DNA of 64,000 nucleotides, from the IMG/VR virus record IMGVR_UViG_3300015607_003363, positions 43,910-107,909 of that record. One strand, 5' to 3'. The stretch is from a virus (lineage: Duplodnaviria > Caudoviricetes). Shown here piece by piece: positions 19,749 through 29,569 of this stretch (position 1 is its first letter; every line of letters starts with the position of its first letter). The notes under the pieces are model-generated. The model ran no database searches and was not told where the DNA came from. It saw only the letters and a list, made by a program, of their open reading frames with translations. A program made the position numbers and the translations under genes.

Positions 19749-20408
19749 ATGCGTTTATCGACTATTCATACTCCTGACCGTTTGATGCTGATGATTGAAC
19801 AGTCTATCGGTACGACGACCTATCATCAGCATCGCAGTCTTCCCGATCCGAACGCTGAAACTTATAAACATGTCGGTCCGACTCAAAAGGACAACGGTCG
19901 TCAACAGCGTCCGCATAAGACCGTGACTGCTAAGGAATTGCACGATAATGCCCCTAGGACCAGCACTGAATCGCGAGATCAGCAGACTATTGATGATGAG
20001 TTCTTGGCCAAGAAGGATGTCAAGTTATGGTCTGAGTTGGTGAGTCGTGCCAAAGACATAGCCTCATCCATTTCTAGCTCAGGCCAGAATAAACTACAGA
20101 ACGCAGCCAATGTTATTCGTTCGATTTTAACCATAGCTTCTCCACCCGGTAAGAGGTGGAAGATGCGTCTAAAGGAAGCTGTGGAGCCTAGAACTAGTAT
20201 TTCCGATTTTGTGGGACTATTGACCAAGACCGGCATATCACCATATACAATGGGTGTTGCTCTCCATGCGTTCATAAAGGGCATAATTAAGAGTTCTGGA
20301 CTTTCGGTCGGTCAAGTAATTAATTATATGAACAACGCATACGGTGGGAACAAAAATGCACAGCCAAAACAGAACGCAGACATCAAGACGCAACCAGCAA
20401 AAGCTTAA
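19749..20408 (+). CDS. Hypothetical protein
   Basis: GGTGAG RBS; 219 aa. Confidence 0.7.
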   Translation: MRLSTIHTPDRLMLMIEQSIGTTTYHQHRSLPDPNAETYKHVGPTQKDNGRQQRPHKTVTAKELHDNAPRTSTESRDQQTIDDEFLAKKDVKLWSELVSRAKDIASSISSSGQNKLQNAANVIRSILTIASPPGKRWKMRLKEAVEPRTSISDFVGLLTKTGISPYTMGVALHAFIKGIIKSSGLSVGQVINYMNNAYGGNKNAQPKQNADIKTQPAKA

Positions 20409-20439
20409 ATCGAGATTCACCAAGCTGGGTGATAATCGA

Positions 20440-20589
20440 ATGCCCACCCCTGCAGAGTACATGTCGCAAGTTATTAGAATTCACTGTTCTGATATAGTTT
20501 CTAATTTGATTGATGACAATGCTGATAAATTGAAACCAGTTGTGACCACACAAAAATTATTTAATGGCAATAGTGATTCTACTAGCTGA
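20440..20589 (+). CDS. Small hypothetical protein
   Basis: GGGTGA RBS before ATG 20440. Confidence 0.45.
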   Translation: MPTPAEYMSQVIRIHCSDIVSNLIDDNADKLKPVVTTQKLFNGNSDSTS

Positions 20590-20625
20590 TTTGGACGCAT
20601 CGCCTATCTCTAATCTGGGCTTACG

Positions 20626-21168
20626 ATGGGTGGTGAGAAATCAGAAAAATTAATTGATCTTTTGACTAGGTTTCTCGGTGATAGCCTGATGGACGGGGCT
20701 ACATTAAAATCAGACGAGAAATCTACTGTCATTATGATTCCTAGACGCACAGAGAATGCGTCATGGAATATGGCTTTAGGAATGTTTGAAGAGTCGAGTC
20801 TGGTCACTATCGTTAGCACTGCAGTAGAGGTCGTCAGAGATAGATTAAAAGACGCTAGAGACTTAGTGTCATATATCAATGGTTCTTCATTTATGACTTC
20901 TTGGGTTATAGACGAAGATGAATTGACTATCAATGCTAACAGTTATTATGTTGTACCATCAAATAATTTTTCTGGTTTGCCTCTAGTCATAGACGATCAT
21001 ACCAAGCAAGTTGATCAGTGGTTGCCAGCATTGCATAGATTGAATAGTACTAATCATCATCCTAAACGAATATTTATGGCTAGTTTAAAACAGTATTATT
21101 CAAGAACCGGTGTTGATTTGAGCATTGAGGACAAGGAGGGGGATGATGAAGACACGCAGACAACTTGA
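20626..21168 (+). CDS. Hypothetical protein
   Basis: 180 aa; coupled to the downstream gene. Confidence 0.65.
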   Translation: MGGEKSEKLIDLLTRFLGDSLMDGATLKSDEKSTVIMIPRRTENASWNMALGMFEESSLVTIVSTAVEVVRDRLKDARDLVSYINGSSFMTSWVIDEDELTINANSYYVVPSNNFSGLPLVIDDHTKQVDQWLPALHRLNSTNHHPKRIFMASLKQYYSRTGVDLSIEDKEGDDEDTQTT

Positions 21169-21913
21169 TATTGTCATTCCTGCCAGAATGAGTTCGACAA
21201 GACTGCCTAATAAGATAATAATGCCTCTGGGCAATATGCCGTTGATTTTGAGAACGTATCAATCTGCCTGTCAGGTTAAGAGCGAGTTGAAGGAGCATCA
21301 AATTGAAGCGAATATTATCGTTGCTGTAGAATCAGACAAAACCAAGGAAGCCATTCTGAAACATGATAGCGATGTCAATGTAGTGATTTGTCCAGATGCT
21401 AACAGTGGCACAGAGCGTGCTATGCAGGCCTGTACATCCAATTTCCTGCTGGTCTGGCAGGCTGATTGGCCTTTGATCAATAGAAGTGATCTGGTCGATA
21501 TGATCGTGAATTCGCATGGTGATATCGCTAATATTTGGACTATGGCCATCAGGGTCAGGAACACGACTCCTATAGCTAATAATAAGAACCTTGTTAAAGT
21601 GGTTGTGTCTGATAGTGGTCGAGCGATTTATTTTAGCAGATCGCCTGTGCCATACAATTCTAGTGAGTTATTAATTCATTCTGGAATCTATTTGATGCAC
21701 AATGTTGAAGACATTAAAACATTGGATGTCGTCAAATTGGATCAGTTTGCCAAATTAGAGGATCTGGAGCAGTTAAAATATTTGAGCTGTGGTATAACTA
21801 TAAATTGTCGAGTGTATGACCGTGGGATTTACCATGGAGTCGACACAAGGCCTGAATATGAATATTATTCGCAGATTGTCGATAAAATAGAAGGTATTAT
21901 TGAGCATGATTAG
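21143..21913 (+). CDS. kdsB: KdsB-like (CMP-Kdo synthetase family) cytidylyltransferase
   Basis: IPARMSSTRLPNK, SGTER, QAD.P, VKVV, AIYFSRSPVPY, HSGIY, EDLEQLK, GVDT. Confidence 0.82.
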   Translation: MMKTRRQLDIVIPARMSSTRLPNKIIMPLGNMPLILRTYQSACQVKSELKEHQIEANIIVAVESDKTKEAILKHDSDVNVVICPDANSGTERAMQACTSNFLLVWQADWPLINRSDLVDMIVNSHGDIANIWTMAIRVRNTTPIANNKNLVKVVVSDSGRAIYFSRSPVPYNSSELLIHSGIYLMHNVEDIKTLDVVKLDQFAKLEDLEQLKYLSCGITINCRVYDRGIYHGVDTRPEYEYYSQIVDKIEGIIEHD

Positions 21914-22511
21914 CCAGAATAAAACAGAGATTTATTTGTCTAGCCTGGCATTGGCCATAAGAAAGTGCAGATTATGTTCGTATGGCATGGAAAATGTCAA
22001 ACCATCCGGGTCAAGGATCGAGTTCGATCCGCATGTGTTCAGCAGTGTAGATTGTGCGCAATATATGATTATCTATCAGAGTCCCGGTGACGCTGAAGTA
22101 GCAGAATCACAGCCTTTTGTTGGCGAGGCGGGTCTGATATTCGACAGGGAAATAGAATCTCATGGCTTGAGCAGACTCGATTTCTATATAACGAGTTTGG
22201 TCAAGTGCCATATACGTAATGACAATGTTCCTGATCAGAATTCAATTGCAGCGTGTTCGCCAGTATTGGCTTTGGAGTTGGCGGCTATAAAACCAAAGTT
22301 GATTATTACACTTGGGCGATTTGTTTTTGACTTTATGTGTTTGGAATCTAACTACGATGAATCGTTAGGTAGGTTACGAATGTCTCGTGAGCTATTTGGC
22401 CAATCTTATAATCTATTTCCAATATGCTGGCCCGACACAGATGAGTCCATGATTTTATTTCAGAAGCATATTGGAATTGTAGCCAAGGCGATTAAGTCTG
22501 TGAAGAAATAA
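21906..22511 (+). CDS. Family-4 uracil-DNA glycosylase-like protein with altered motifs
   Basis: CRLC, SPG..E..QPFVGEAG, YITSLVKC, AAC, IKPKLIITLG. Confidence 0.8.
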   Translation: MISQNKTEIYLSSLALAIRKCRLCSYGMENVKPSGSRIEFDPHVFSSVDCAQYMIIYQSPGDAEVAESQPFVGEAGLIFDREIESHGLSRLDFYITSLVKCHIRNDNVPDQNSIAACSPVLALELAAIKPKLIITLGRFVFDFMCLESNYDESLGRLRMSRELFGQSYNLFPICWPDTDESMILFQKHIGIVAKAIKSVKK

Positions 22512-22872
22512 TTTTATAAAATACGATTCCGTCGATGATCTTTTTCTCTATTTTGTCATTTTTGTTTATTGACAGCATAACGGCTCTTATCCTTGGAATG
22601 GCTGATGCTATTTTTAGGCCGGTAGTTGACATTATTTCATCGTCGCTGGCACCGTCTTCGCTCTTCATGAGATCGTATGCTTCTTCTATTTTAGTTCTTT
22701 CCTTTTGTAGTAGTTCTAATTTTTTCTCTACTACCATCTGTTCAGCCATGGCTACTGCTTTGGCTTCCTGTGCTCGTTGTATAATAATATTCTTATCGGC
22801 ATGAATTTGTTCATGTAGATATTGTTGGATGTTCTCGTTTAATTCGACTTCGATCACGGTGAATTTAGCCAT
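22492..22872 (-). CDS. Hypothetical protein, possible C-terminal winged helix
   Basis: Coiled-coil N-terminus, then ASDDEIMSTTG...KKIIDGIVFYKI; start inferred. Confidence 0.5.
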   Translation of the reverse strand: MAKFTVIEVELNENIQQYLHEQIHADKNIIIQRAQEAKAVAMAEQMVVEKKLELLQKERTKIEEAYDLMKSEDGASDDEIMSTTGLKIASAIPRIRAVMLSINKNDKIEKKIIDGIVFYKIISSQT

Positions 22873-23680
22873 GGCTGATTTAGAGCGATTATTAGGTGGT
22901 GTTGATGAGTCCGAACCACTTATGATACTAACTCTCAGCATTCCAAACACTGATACTGAGATTACTGGTGTCGTTCATAAGGGTGATCTGGAAAAGCCTA
23001 TTGAGGAGCTGTTTAATGTCGTGAAGGAAATTCACGATGCGGCTCAGAAACTGAAGAGGTTCGCCAAGGCCAAACCAGCACCTGTTGTTGCCTCCAGTCG
23101 AGTAGTGATGGCTACCGAAGATGACATACCACCAGTGGAAGACGTTCAAAATACCACGCCGATCAAGCAGTTCATTAGTCGGCAACCACAAAACTTACAA
23201 GGAGAAGCCTCTAAAGGCAAGTCTTTTCGACCAAACGCAGTTAGAAACATTGTCGTCAGTAAGGATGGCGCACAAAAACAAGATGGCACAGTCATTGCTG
23301 AAGGAAATATTGCTCAAGATGAATCTTGGTCTGATGTCGGTGACCAATCTGGGTCGGCGTATAAAGATGTCAATGACGATAACGATCTTGCAGATCAGGA
23401 AGATCTGCCTCTACCTCCTCCGCCACCTAGACGAAATCAGAAAGCTTCGAAAATAGACAGCAATAAAAATGTCAGCGTCGATGATATTAGAAGGCAGATG
23501 AAGCCAAAGGCACTCCTGCAAGAAACTGAATCCATGCAAGGTGTTACGTCGGTTCAAATACCACGTAGAATAGTCGATGAATTCGGTCAGACCGATATTA
23601 CTATCCAGAAATTCGATGATAGCAAGTTGCAGGCGAGAATACGCCGCGATCCGAATTTTTCTAGGGGTAATGAAGACTAG
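22871..23680 (+). CDS. Hypothetical, largely disordered protein
   Basis: Low-complexity acidic/Pro-rich sequence (PLPPPPPR); start inferred. Confidence 0.65.
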   Translation: MADLERLLGGVDESEPLMILTLSIPNTDTEITGVVHKGDLEKPIEELFNVVKEIHDAAQKLKRFAKAKPAPVVASSRVVMATEDDIPPVEDVQNTTPIKQFISRQPQNLQGEASKGKSFRPNAVRNIVVSKDGAQKQDGTVIAEGNIAQDESWSDVGDQSGSAYKDVNDDNDLADQEDLPLPPPPPRRNQKASKIDSNKNVSVDDIRRQMKPKALLQETESMQGVTSVQIPRRIVDEFGQTDITIQKFDDSKLQARIRRDPNFSRGNED

Positions 23681-24120
23681 TCGGGAATGCCGGTGCCATC
23701 ATCATAGATTTCTTTGTATTTCTCTGTGATGATTTTCGAAACCTTTGGCCATAATTCTTTTGGCGGTTTGTATCTAGCCAGATCCTGCATGACTCTGTGT
23801 ATTAGTGACGAGCCGGTGCAGCAGTAATCGTTTTTGTAATCCGGAATGAACGAATCGATCATTCGATCCAGAGAGCCAGTTATTAGATCTATATATTGTT
23901 GGCCAATATCACTATTGATAAGGCTGTCCTTCACCTCTTGGATAAATAATGTGCGTCTTAATTCATTGCTGCTCAATCTGGAATTGAGCGTGTCTTTTGC
24001 TTTTTTGGCAGCATGCTTCTGTGGCATCCCATGATTCTGGATGAATTGAGACAATGCACTTGTTATGGCGGCTTCATTCATGATTAATACACCTTCTCCT
24101 GTAGGTAAATTTTTCGACAT
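23677..24120 (-). CDS. Hypothetical protein
   Basis: 147-aa ORF filling the gap between convergent genes. Confidence 0.6.
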   Translation of the reverse strand: MSKNLPTGEGVLIMNEAAITSALSQFIQNHGMPQKHAAKKAKDTLNSRLSSNELRRTLFIQEVKDSLINSDIGQQYIDLITGSLDRMIDSFIPDYKNDYCCTGSSLIHRVMQDLARYKPPKELWPKVSKIITEKYKEIYDDGTGIPD

Positions 24121-24367
24121 TGTTAAGTTGAAGAACTATTCTATGGTTGGTGTTCTTAATGGGACAGTTGAGAACGATAGTGAATGGTACGTTATTGGTG
24201 TTCAGAATAAAATCGCTCTTCTGGTGAATCCAAAAGGATGTATAAAAACACCAGTATCTAATTTGGACGTGTTAGCGTCATTCGATCCCCAACAGGTACT
24301 ACAAGATGTCTTCGAAATCAAAGATCAAAATCCACAAAGACCTTCTGGCAATTCAGAAAAGCGTTAA
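24065..24367 (+). CDS. Hypothetical protein (start uncertain)
   Basis: ORF overlapping the start of recA. Confidence 0.4.
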   Translation: MAASFMINTPSPVGKFFDIVKLKNYSMVGVLNGTVENDSEWYVIGVQNKIALLVNPKGCIKTPVSNLDVLASFDPQQVLQDVFEIKDQNPQRPSGNSEKR

Positions 24368-25529
24368 TAGCAAAATAAAAGGCGGTATTGTAACCGGTGC
24401 TAGTTATGATCCTATCCAGTGCTATTCTACTGGCATTAAGACGCTTGATAAACAATTGGGTGGTGGTCTGCCTAAGGGTAAGATAGTTGAAATATTCGGG
24501 CCGGAATCTAGCGGCAAGACTACCCTGATGATCGCCTGCATAGCGGCGATTCAAGCTGCTCATAAGGACAATCTGGCTGCGTTTATTGATGTTGAACATG
24601 CTCTGGACATAAATTGGGCCGTCAGGAATGGCGTTGACCAGTCCAGACTGGCTGTTTCGCAGCCCAATAGTGGCGATGAGGCCTTCCAGATAGCGGAAGA
24701 GCTTATCAAGCATGAAGGTGTCAAAATAGTCGTTGTTGATTCGGTGCCTTCTCTTCAGCCACAGGAAGCTATCGACAAGATTGAGAAAGCCGGTGAGGAC
24801 AATACGATGGGTGCTCAGGCTCGTCTGATGTCCAAGGGTCTGCGATCATTGAATAATAAGCTGGCCACTACTAAGACTAATGCATGCATCGTCTTTGTCA
24901 ATCAGATCAGGCAGAAGATAGGCATCATGTTTGGCAACAATGAGACTACGCCCGGTGGGTTTGCTCTCAAGTTCTATACTGCTATTCGCATGAACATTAA
25001 AAAGAAGAGCACAGGCGATCCTAGTAAGCCCAATGCTAATCGACGGGAAGGAGCCATTTTTTCATCTATCAACATTATCAAGAATAAGATCGCTCCTCCA
25101 TTCAAGAATTGTGAAATTCACATTCATGCTGGCTCTCCTGTTTATGATGGCGGACCCAAAGTCTTCGGTGTTGATAAGATGACACCGCTCATCGAATCGG
25201 CGCTGGATTTTGGTATTATTACAATGAGAGGTAGCACATTCTATATGGGTGATCAAAAGATCTCCGCAGGCAAACTGAAATTGTACCAGTTCCTAAATAG
25301 CAATCCTGAAATAGTTGAGAAAATATCTGGGCAGATCGCATCTTGCATTGATGCTATGCGGCTTAGCCAAGATGACACAATGCAAAGTGTCATAGATTCG
25401 CCTCTTGATGATGAAGACGAGGTCGATTCAAGCGTCACTGATATTAGTGATCTGGTCGAAATCGATAATAAACCCGAAGAGGATGACACGACCGATGTAA
25501 AAACAGATAGTACCATTGCGGAAGAGTAA
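24306..25529 (+). CDS. recA: RecA/UvsX recombinase
   Basis: GGLPKGKIVEIFGPESSGKTT, FIDVEHALD, VVVDSV, QARLMS, NQIRQKIG, TPGG.ALKFY; acidic tail. Confidence 0.96.
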   Translation: MSSKSKIKIHKDLLAIQKSVNSKIKGGIVTGASYDPIQCYSTGIKTLDKQLGGGLPKGKIVEIFGPESSGKTTLMIACIAAIQAAHKDNLAAFIDVEHALDINWAVRNGVDQSRLAVSQPNSGDEAFQIAEELIKHEGVKIVVVDSVPSLQPQEAIDKIEKAGEDNTMGAQARLMSKGLRSLNNKLATTKTNACIVFVNQIRQKIGIMFGNNETTPGGFALKFYTAIRMNIKKKSTGDPSKPNANRREGAIFSSINIIKNKIAPPFKNCEIHIHAGSPVYDGGPKVFGVDKMTPLIESALDFGIITMRGSTFYMGDQKISAGKLKLYQFLNSNPEIVEKISGQIASCIDAMRLSQDDTMQSVIDSPLDDEDEVDSSVTDISDLVEIDNKPEEDDTTDVKTDSTIAEE

Positions 25530-25579
25530 TAGTAAGATCAGAAACACCAAAGAACTCGTAGAAAAACGGAGGGTATAGC

Positions 25580-25906
25580 ATGGAAATCACGATTAAGCTT
25601 TGGCATCTTGCAATCGGAATTATTGCTTTGATAGTGGTTTTTCTTTTTGTTAAGTTTAGAAAGAAAGTAACAGTCATCCTGCTATATCTAATCATATTGT
25701 TAATTCTTATGTCGCCATTGATCTTGATAACGTTAATGGTTATTACAGAACGACATCATGAAGATCTTGGATTAAGCCAAGAAGAATTGAGATATATAAC
25801 GTTCTATGAAAAATTAACTTGTCAAACTGTTCCATATAAAACAATTTTGGAACGAAAAACTGCTGAGCAAAATAAAATAGAGCAGTACAAAAAAGGGAGT
25901 CAGTGA
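25580..25906 (+). CDS. Membrane protein with two TM segments
   Basis: Two hydrophobic stretches; GGAGG RBS. Confidence 0.65.
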   Translation: MEITIKLWHLAIGIIALIVVFLFVKFRKKVTVILLYLIILLILMSPLILITLMVITERHHEDLGLSQEELRYITFYEKLTCQTVPYKTILERKTAEQNKIEQYKKGSQ

Positions 25907-26241
25907 TGAGTCTTCCGGCGATGAAATTTGATGTGCCCGGTCAGGCGTATGTTAAACAATCTGCTATGCGTGGGCAGATTACTCCGGTGCACCTTTATAG
26001 TGCGTCGTATGCGACTGAATGGGTCTATAGCATAGGGACGATGAAGCCGACTGTAGACCCAGCTCATTATGGTGAACGTAGAGGTTTCACCATGCAGAGT
26101 GTTAGAGTCTTTGCTGAATCAGAATTGTTGTCGTATTGCGATGCTCTGACGATAGCGATAGAATACCACCAGACGCAATTGGCGACTTTGGAGAGATTCA
26201 AAGCGTCGGCGGGATGTGACAATGAGTCAACAGCAGGTTAA
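25903..26241 (+). CDS. Hypothetical protein
   Basis: GGGAG RBS; coupled. Confidence 0.65.
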   Translation: MMSLPAMKFDVPGQAYVKQSAMRGQITPVHLYSASYATEWVYSIGTMKPTVDPAHYGERRGFTMQSVRVFAESELLSYCDALTIAIEYHQTQLATLERFKASAGCDNESTAG

Positions 26242-27499
26242 AGAATTTGGCGACTATGAAGAAGTGGCTTTGGTTTCGTTATTCATAGACTATCCAGAAG
26301 TGTATCAGGGCGTATACGAATATATCAAGCCAGAGACGATGTCGAAACCGGAAGTCTCTTATATTCTTGCTATTCTGAATGAAGAACAGATAAAACACGG
26401 TCAGATTCCAACTAGGGCTTTACTAAGAGACAGAATTATCAGAACATTGACTGCCGATGATGTTCACCAACAAGTCCTTGATATCATCGATACGCCAGTC
26501 AATGAACGTGACGTTGCCTCTCTGAGAGACAGAATTTTTTCGTGGTCTAAGAACAAGGCCTATGGTCAGCTTTATGCTCCAGAGACGATTCAGGCTTATC
26601 AGGCTGGTGAATTGGATAAAATAGCGAAAATCGTAGACGATGCTAACAAGATAACTAATGTCACTTCAGAGCCACTATGGGTGTTGGATAGAGCAGAAGA
26701 TATCATAAAACCTCAAGCTATAGAGAAATTACAGACTGGCAATCCAAGACTGGATTTGGTTCTTAATGACGGTGGGCCTTCTCCCGGTGAAGTCCTTTGT
26801 TATATGGCACCACCTAATGTCGGTAAATCGGCTGTTCTGGTCAATTCTGCTGTGAATTCGACCATGCTCGGATATAACACGCTGATGTTTGCTTTGGAAA
26901 TGACTGATATCAAGACCGCCATTCGAACTCTGGGAGCGATGACTGAAATACCGACTCGTGAATTAGGTTATAGGCAAGAGGAAGTATTGAGCCAGATCAA
27001 CTTGATCAAGGCCGGTTTAAAGTCGAAGCTGGGCATCTTTGAAACTGGTGAGATAAGCACGTCACATATCAGGCATCTAGTGAATTATTTAAAACGAACA
27101 AAGAACTTCGTGCCGAAAGTTATAGTCATAGATTACCTTGAGCTAATGATTAGCACCGATCCTTATGCTAATCGTGACGAATATCAGAGGCAGAAGCGGG
27201 TTGCAAAGGAACTTCTAGATCTAGCCAAAGAATTACGGGTTCTGATCTATACGGCTTCACAAGGCAATCGTGGGTCTACTAAACTAGAGACTCGCACCAT
27301 GGAAGACATGGCAGAAAGCTTTGGTAAGAATATGCCATTGACTTATATCGTGACCTTGAATCAGACTGATGTGGAATACGCACAAACACCACCACATATC
27401 AGATTGTTTGTGGCCAAGAATCGTGAAGGTCCGAAGAACATCACTATTTCATGTACTATGGATTATACTATGATGAAAATGAAGGAAATCATGACGTAG
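26216..27499 (+). CDS. Replicative DnaB/gp41-like helicase
   Basis: APPNVGKS, FALEM, IVIDYLELM, TASQGNR, AESFGK, AKNREGP. Confidence 0.9.
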   Translation: MTMSQQQVKEFGDYEEVALVSLFIDYPEVYQGVYEYIKPETMSKPEVSYILAILNEEQIKHGQIPTRALLRDRIIRTLTADDVHQQVLDIIDTPVNERDVASLRDRIFSWSKNKAYGQLYAPETIQAYQAGELDKIAKIVDDANKITNVTSEPLWVLDRAEDIIKPQAIEKLQTGNPRLDLVLNDGGPSPGEVLCYMAPPNVGKSAVLVNSAVNSTMLGYNTLMFALEMTDIKTAIRTLGAMTEIPTRELGYRQEEVLSQINLIKAGLKSKLGIFETGEISTSHIRHLVNYLKRTKNFVPKVIVIDYLELMISTDPYANRDEYQRQKRVAKELLDLAKELRVLIYTASQGNRGSTKLETRTMEDMAESFGKNMPLTYIVTLNQTDVEYAQTPPHIRLFVAKNREGPKNITISCTMDYTMMKMKEIMT

Positions 27500-27543
27500 T
27501 ACATAGTGCAGTCCATTAATTCCAAATCCGAGACGGTGATCTG

Positions 27544-27957
27544 ATGAGTGCGAAAATTCCTATGGCAAAGTCGGTTGGTGCCGGTGAACCCGGAAATGCC
27601 TTCACCAACTACTCTGCTCTTGGACAAGCCGCTGGTGAAGTTGACTATAGCAAGATTCCTCATGTCGCGACTCGTTTAAATTGGCTGATAGTGGTGCCTT
27701 TTAGATCACAGAAGCCATCTACGATAGCCTTACCAGATCAGACTGTAGAAAAAGGCGACAGCTATCTAGTAGTCGGGTCTAATCCGTCGATCGATGTTCA
27801 TGTTGGCGATATTGTCAAGATCGTTGAGACTTCCAAGAGAAAAATTCCTCTTGAAACCGATTTGGCTAGTCGCTTCCAGAATCAGATTGCGTTTGCTGTT
27901 CCGGCAGATTCGATAATTTGGGTTCTTAGTGATGAGCTTGCTAAACTAGTGGTGTAA
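27544..27957 (+). CDS. GroES-like co-chaperonin (gp31-like)
   Basis: LNWLIVVP...TIALPD...LVVG...VHVGDIV...DSII matches the GroES beta-barrel pattern. Confidence 0.55.
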   Translation: MSAKIPMAKSVGAGEPGNAFTNYSALGQAAGEVDYSKIPHVATRLNWLIVVPFRSQKPSTIALPDQTVEKGDSYLVVGSNPSIDVHVGDIVKIVETSKRKIPLETDLASRFQNQIAFAVPADSIIWVLSDELAKLVV

Positions 27958-27958
27958 A

Positions 27959-28381
27959 ATGCCGATTTATAATTATATCTGCCTGTCCTGTGAGAGTGCC
28001 TTTAAGAAGGCACATAAGCGTGAGCCTGATCAGGATAATGAGGACGAAATGGCTTTGGTTGTTTATGGGACTAAACATCCTATGAATCCAACGCCAGAAG
28101 ACCTCAAAGAGGCGCTGGTTTGTCCGCGATGCCAGAGTGGCAAGGCAGTTAGGACATTTTATGGTTCTAACATCGTCTGCTATACGAAATGGAGAGGTTG
28201 GAAAGACAAGTCCGGTGTTAAACGTGATATTGACATGCATAGATTGGCTAATAATGAGGACCCATATGCGCAATATCGTGTGCCCGGTGAAGTAGAGCAT
28301 TTGAAAAAGAAAATCAAGAATAGTGGTAAAAGAAATCCTAAAACGAGGTATTACACTAGCAAGAAGAAGAGTGATAAATAG
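27959..28381 (+). CDS. FmdB-family zinc-ribbon protein
   Basis: MPIYNYICLSC...CPRCQS. Confidence 0.75.
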   Translation: MPIYNYICLSCESAFKKAHKREPDQDNEDEMALVVYGTKHPMNPTPEDLKEALVCPRCQSGKAVRTFYGSNIVCYTKWRGWKDKSGVKRDIDMHRLANNEDPYAQYRVPGEVEHLKKKIKNSGKRNPKTRYYTSKKKSDK

Positions 28382-28390
28382 GATGAAAAT

Positions 28391-29569
28391 GTGCAGTGCA
28401 TCAGAGTCATTCCGATAATTGCGGATAATATAGTCCAAAAGATACACATTCTGACTAGGGACAGGCGAATAGATTTTAATGTCTTTGCTCGTGGTTACAA
28501 GACTACAATTTATGATGCAGAAAAGGCCATTAAGAAAGTTATATCTGTCATTGAATCAGCTGTGGCCGGTGGATGCCAGCTAGTATTCTATAACTGGCGA
28601 GGGTGGCTTAGGGCCACTCGGAAGTATGCTAATTCCAGTTTCTGGCATAACCATAGCGTCTTTGATACCGTCGAACGGTTTGATGAATCGGATGTTGAAG
28701 CTTTAATTCAGCATGTTTCTTCTATAGATCCCAAGCCATGGATGAACGTTTACGCCAATGCAGCCATTGCCTATGAGCGGTTAGAACAATCGCCTATATT
28801 AGTTGATGGTTTCAGATATTCGTCTGTGTGGGATTACGATTCATATTCAGGACGTTCGAAGTCGCACAATCGACCGCTACAGAATCTGGAAGACGGCGTG
28901 TTTCTGGCTGATCCCAATAATATCACTAGAACGAAAATCATAACTGTTGACTGGAAGGCGGCTGATTTAATCATCGCCGCTTATTTGTCTGGCGACTCCG
29001 AGTTAGTTAAGAGAATATCTGAGACTGATATTTATACAGAACCTGAATTCGCAGGTATAGCCGAGACAAGGCAGGGTGTTAAAACGGCCATTCTGTCAGC
29101 GTTATATAAGGCTGATAGCGATGCTTTAGCTGCGTTGTCTTTTAAGCTGGCGGAATGGGTGCAACGCCAGATGACCTTGGTGAAAGAAAACGCTAAAATT
29201 GAGTCCTGTTTTGGGCGTGTGTTTCATAAGCATGCCGGTCGATCCGAGTTGTCTATTTTTAACGCACAGATACAGGGCTGCATAGCTTTGGCTATGATGA
29301 ATAGTGTGCCTAAGGTTCAGATGGTTAGTGGTTCATCTATGCTCTTTGAGACACATGATGCTATAACTGTGGCAGCTTCGCCCGATATGGCTGCGCAGGT
29401 GTTAAAGAATATATGCAAAATCATGTATACGCCATTCGGTGATCTTATGACTATTAATGGGATGGATGTTATTATGCCGGTATCATTTATGTGTGGTGAT
29501 AGATATGGTTCAAAAACAGCCAGCGGCACTTTCGATGATGGCAAAATCAAATTGAAGAAGATACCATGA
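28391..29569 (+). CDS. Miniature family-A DNA polymerase-like protein
   Basis: SGRS, motif A DWKAADL...LSGD..L, motif B RQGVK...LY, FGR, NAQIQG, motif C THDAI; no recognisable exonuclease domain. Confidence 0.72.
   Translation: MQCIRVIPIIADNIVQKIHILTRDRRIDFNVFARGYKTTIYDAEKAIKKVISVIESAVAGGCQLVFYNWRGWLRATRKYANSSFWHNHSVFDTVERFDESDVEALIQHVSSIDPKPWMNVYANAAIAYERLEQSPILVDGFRYSSVWDYDSYSGRSKSHNRPLQNLEDGVFLADPNNITRTKIITVDWKAADLIIAAYLSGDSELVKRISETDIYTEPEFAGIAETRQGVKTAILSALYKADSDALAALSFKLAEWVQRQMTLVKENAKIESCFGRVFHKHAGRSELSIFNAQIQGCIALAMMNSVPKVQMVSGSSMLFETHDAITVAASPDMAAQVLKNICKIMYTPFGDLMTINGMDVIMPVSFMCGDRYGSKTASGTFDDGKIKLKKIP

Noticed and set aside
24306-29569. Inteins or introns in RecA, helicase or polymerase
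   Set aside because: RecA and the helicase have normal lengths, the polymerase is shorter than usual, and I saw no C...HN splice motifs or frame breaks.
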